A DNA stretch of 64,000 nucleotides, from contig OY969695.1 of NCBI GenBank assembly GCA_963701965.1, forward strand, positions 3,904,001-3,968,000. The letters are read 5' to 3'. The position numbers were made by a program, and so were the translations under genes. The notes under the pieces are model-generated. The model was not told the origin of the DNA, made no database searches, and worked only from the letters and a program-made list of their open reading frames with translations. How positions within the stretch are numbered: position 1 is the first letter of the stretch; every line of letters starts with the position of its first letter. This DNA is from an uncultured Gemmatimonadales bacterium (GTDB taxonomy: Bacteria > Gemmatimonadota > Gemmatimonadetes > Gemmatimonadales > Gemmatimonadaceae). This document shows, piece by piece, positions 62,233-64,000 of this stretch.

Positions 62233-63311
62233 GTGCGAACGCGGGCCAGGAGATAGGCGCCGGCGAGTCCGAACAGCAGGTTGGGCACCCAGGCCGCGAG
62301 ATCCGGGGGAATCAGCCCCTTGCTTCCGACGCCCTTGGTCAACTGGATGAGCATGAGGAACGCGATCGTGGTCGCCAGGCTGACGCCGACGCCATAGGCG
62401 GCGCCCCCGCGCTGGGTGCTGGTGGCCAGGGCGGCGCCGAACATCACGATGATGATGCAGGTGACGGGCACCGCGATCTTCTGCGCGCGCTCCACCCGCA
62501 GCTCGCCGGCGTCGCTGCCCGACCGCTCCGCCGCGCGGATATACCGCGTCAGGTCCTGATACCCCATGTCCTCGGGCTTGCGCGGGATCGCCATGAGATC
62601 AGCCGGGGTCTCTTGGAACCGGTTGTCGTGCACGGAGTCGAACTGCACCGTGAAGTTAGTGGTCGTATCGGGGACAATGTGCAAGACGCCGCGCGCCAGC
62701 GCCCACCCCCGGCCGTTGCTCCACGTGCCGTGATTCGCAGTGAGGATCACGGTAGGGTAATCCCGCCCGTTCCCTTTTCGTTCGATCTCGAGCCCGTCAA
62801 TGGTATGGCGTTGGGAGCTGAGGGCGCCGACGCGGTAGACGCGCCCTTCCGTCGCGGCATAGGTGAAGTTGTACCGGTCTGTGCCCGTCTTGAACTGGGA
62901 CTCTTCCAGGAGGTCGTTGCGCTTGGCGTTGGTGATCGGCACCAAGACGGAGAGGCCCAGACCGATGAGGCACGCGAAGGTGGCGCCGACATAGATGGGG
63001 GCGGTCATCCGATAGAAACTGATCCCCGTGGCCTTGGCGGCCGTGATCTCCGAATGGCGCGTGAACGCGCCGATCGAGAAAACCGTGGCGAAGAGCACCG
63101 CGGCCGGCAGCACGAGGAACATCGAGTCGGGGAGCCAGAACAGATAGCTCAACAGGATGTTGCCCGGCGGGATATTGCGGTTCAGATAGTCGTTGAGGTG
63201 GTCGACCAGGTCGATCACGATCACGAGGACCGGAAACCCGAGCCAGGTCGTCATGAAGATCTTCCACCACTCGGAGAAGACGTAGCGGTCGAGCGGCCGG
63301 GGACCCAGCAC
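62229..63311 (-). CDS. lptG: LptF/LptG-family permease (LptG position)
   Basis: LDRYV, SEITAAKATGIS, PEDM, AAWVPN. Confidence 0.85.
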   Translation of the reverse strand: MLGPRPLDRYVFSEWWKIFMTTWLGFPVLVIVIDLVDHLNDYLNRNIPPGNILLSYLFWLPDSMFLVLPAAVLFATVFSIGAFTRHSEITAAKATGISFYRMTAPIYVGATFACLIGLGLSVLVPITNAKRNDLLEESQFKTGTDRYNFTYAATEGRVYRVGALSSQRHTIDGLEIERKGNGRDYPTVILTANHGTWSNGRGWALARGVLHIVPDTTTNFTVQFDSVHDNRFQETPADLMAIPRKPEDMGYQDLTRYIRAAERSGSDAGELRVERAQKIAVPVTCIIIVMFGAALATSTQRGGAAYGVGVSLATTIAFLMLIQLTKGVGSKGLIPPDLAAWVPNLLFGLAGAYLLARVRT

Positions 63312-64000
63312 CTAGACGCTCTCCGCGGACAGCGCGGCGCGCCGGCGGTGCCCCGGCACCAGCTTCGCGAGACGCCGGCCCATTCGGTCCCTGAACTCGG
63401 TCCAATCGCTCCCGCGCGACGTGCTGCTTTCGCGGCCGATGCGCGTGAGCAGGAAGAGGCCGATGGCGCCGAGCACGATGTTCGATGCCCACATCGCCAC
63501 CCACGGGGCGACGTCGCCCCGCTGGGCCAAGGGCTCGCCCGCGATCAGGCCGACGTAATACAGCGCGAAGACGCCCAGGCTCACGCCGAGGACCATCCCC
63601 ACTCCGCCGCGCGGAAACCGCAGCGCGATCGGCGCGCCGAGGATCACGAACGTCATGCAGGCGACCGAGATGGCGAACAGCTTGTGGATTTGGTTGTCGT
63701 ACAGATTCCGGGTCCGCTTCCCCTCGTCGACTCGCGCCCGCGTCGCCTCGATGCTGCTGGTGAGGGTCGTCAGCATGATCGATGCGGGGGACTGGATAAA
63801 AGGCGGCCGATAGACAGGCGTTGGGGGCAACGGCGCTTTCGGCAGCCGAATGGGAGGGCGCTGCGCCACTTGGTGCGGGGGTCTGACCAGTATTGGCTTG
63901 ACGGCCGGCTTTACGGCATGCCGGAGGGGCGGCGTAGCCGGTTTGAACACCGGCGGCGGCGCGGGCGCCGGTGCCGGGGCCGGGGCCGGTGGGGCGGCGC
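63312..64000 (-). CDS. lptF: LptF/LptG-family permease, C-terminal part (runs off the window edge)
   Basis: IHKLFAISVAC..F..LGAPIA, RGG.G, AMWASN; directly upstream of lptG. Confidence 0.8.
   Translation of the reverse strand, partial: AAPPAPAPAPAPAPPPVFKPATPPLRHAVKPAVKPILVRPPHQVAQRPPIRLPKAPLPPTPVYRPPFIQSPASIMLTTLTSSIEATRARVDEGKRTRNLYDNQIHKLFAISVACMTFVILGAPIALRFPRGGVGMVLGVSLGVFALYYVGLIAGEPLAQRGDVAPWVAMWASNIVLGAIGLFLLTRIGRESSTSRGSDWTEFRDRMGRRLAKLVPGHRRRAALSAESV

Overview
High-GC (roughly 70% by eye), gene-dense bacterial chromosome segment made mostly of housekeeping genes. Gene order and the conserved hypotheticals suggest Gemmatimonadota (inference, not verified). Contents: a minus-strand run from a DnaB-like gene and yebC-ruvC-ruvA through ruvB, queA, tgt, yajC, def, fmt, thiE, mgtE, thiS, thiG, rsmB, a PASTA protein, rpe, a TlpA-like gene, tsaD and lgt; a PorX-like REC-PglZ gene heading msbA, glycosyltransferase and lipid A acyltransferase genes; tyrS; DsbA-VKOR; acs; ccmABCD with cobA/hemD, hemC and hemB; a D-amino-acid/peptide module; a ketosynthase-SRPBCC-methyltransferase-flavoenzyme-DUF92 operon; ctaA/ctaB; mlaE/mlaD and lptG/lptF. 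I saw no rRNA, tRNA, CRISPR array, IS element or prophage. Main observations: (1) 8 of 9 clear frameshifts and several substitutions in conserved motifs lie on one 4-mer, CATC/GATG, which suggests read errors caused by a DNA modification; (2) an ACP-less, CLF-less ketosynthase/cyclase operon that may make an alkylresorcinol- or quinone-like lipid; (3) TANNNT boxes 5-10 nt before the starts of operon-leading genes, suggesting leaderless mRNAs; (4) a catalytically dead HtpX/M48 homologue, a DnaB motor-only paralogue beside ruvCAB, two probable CTG starts and two remnant mini-proteins.
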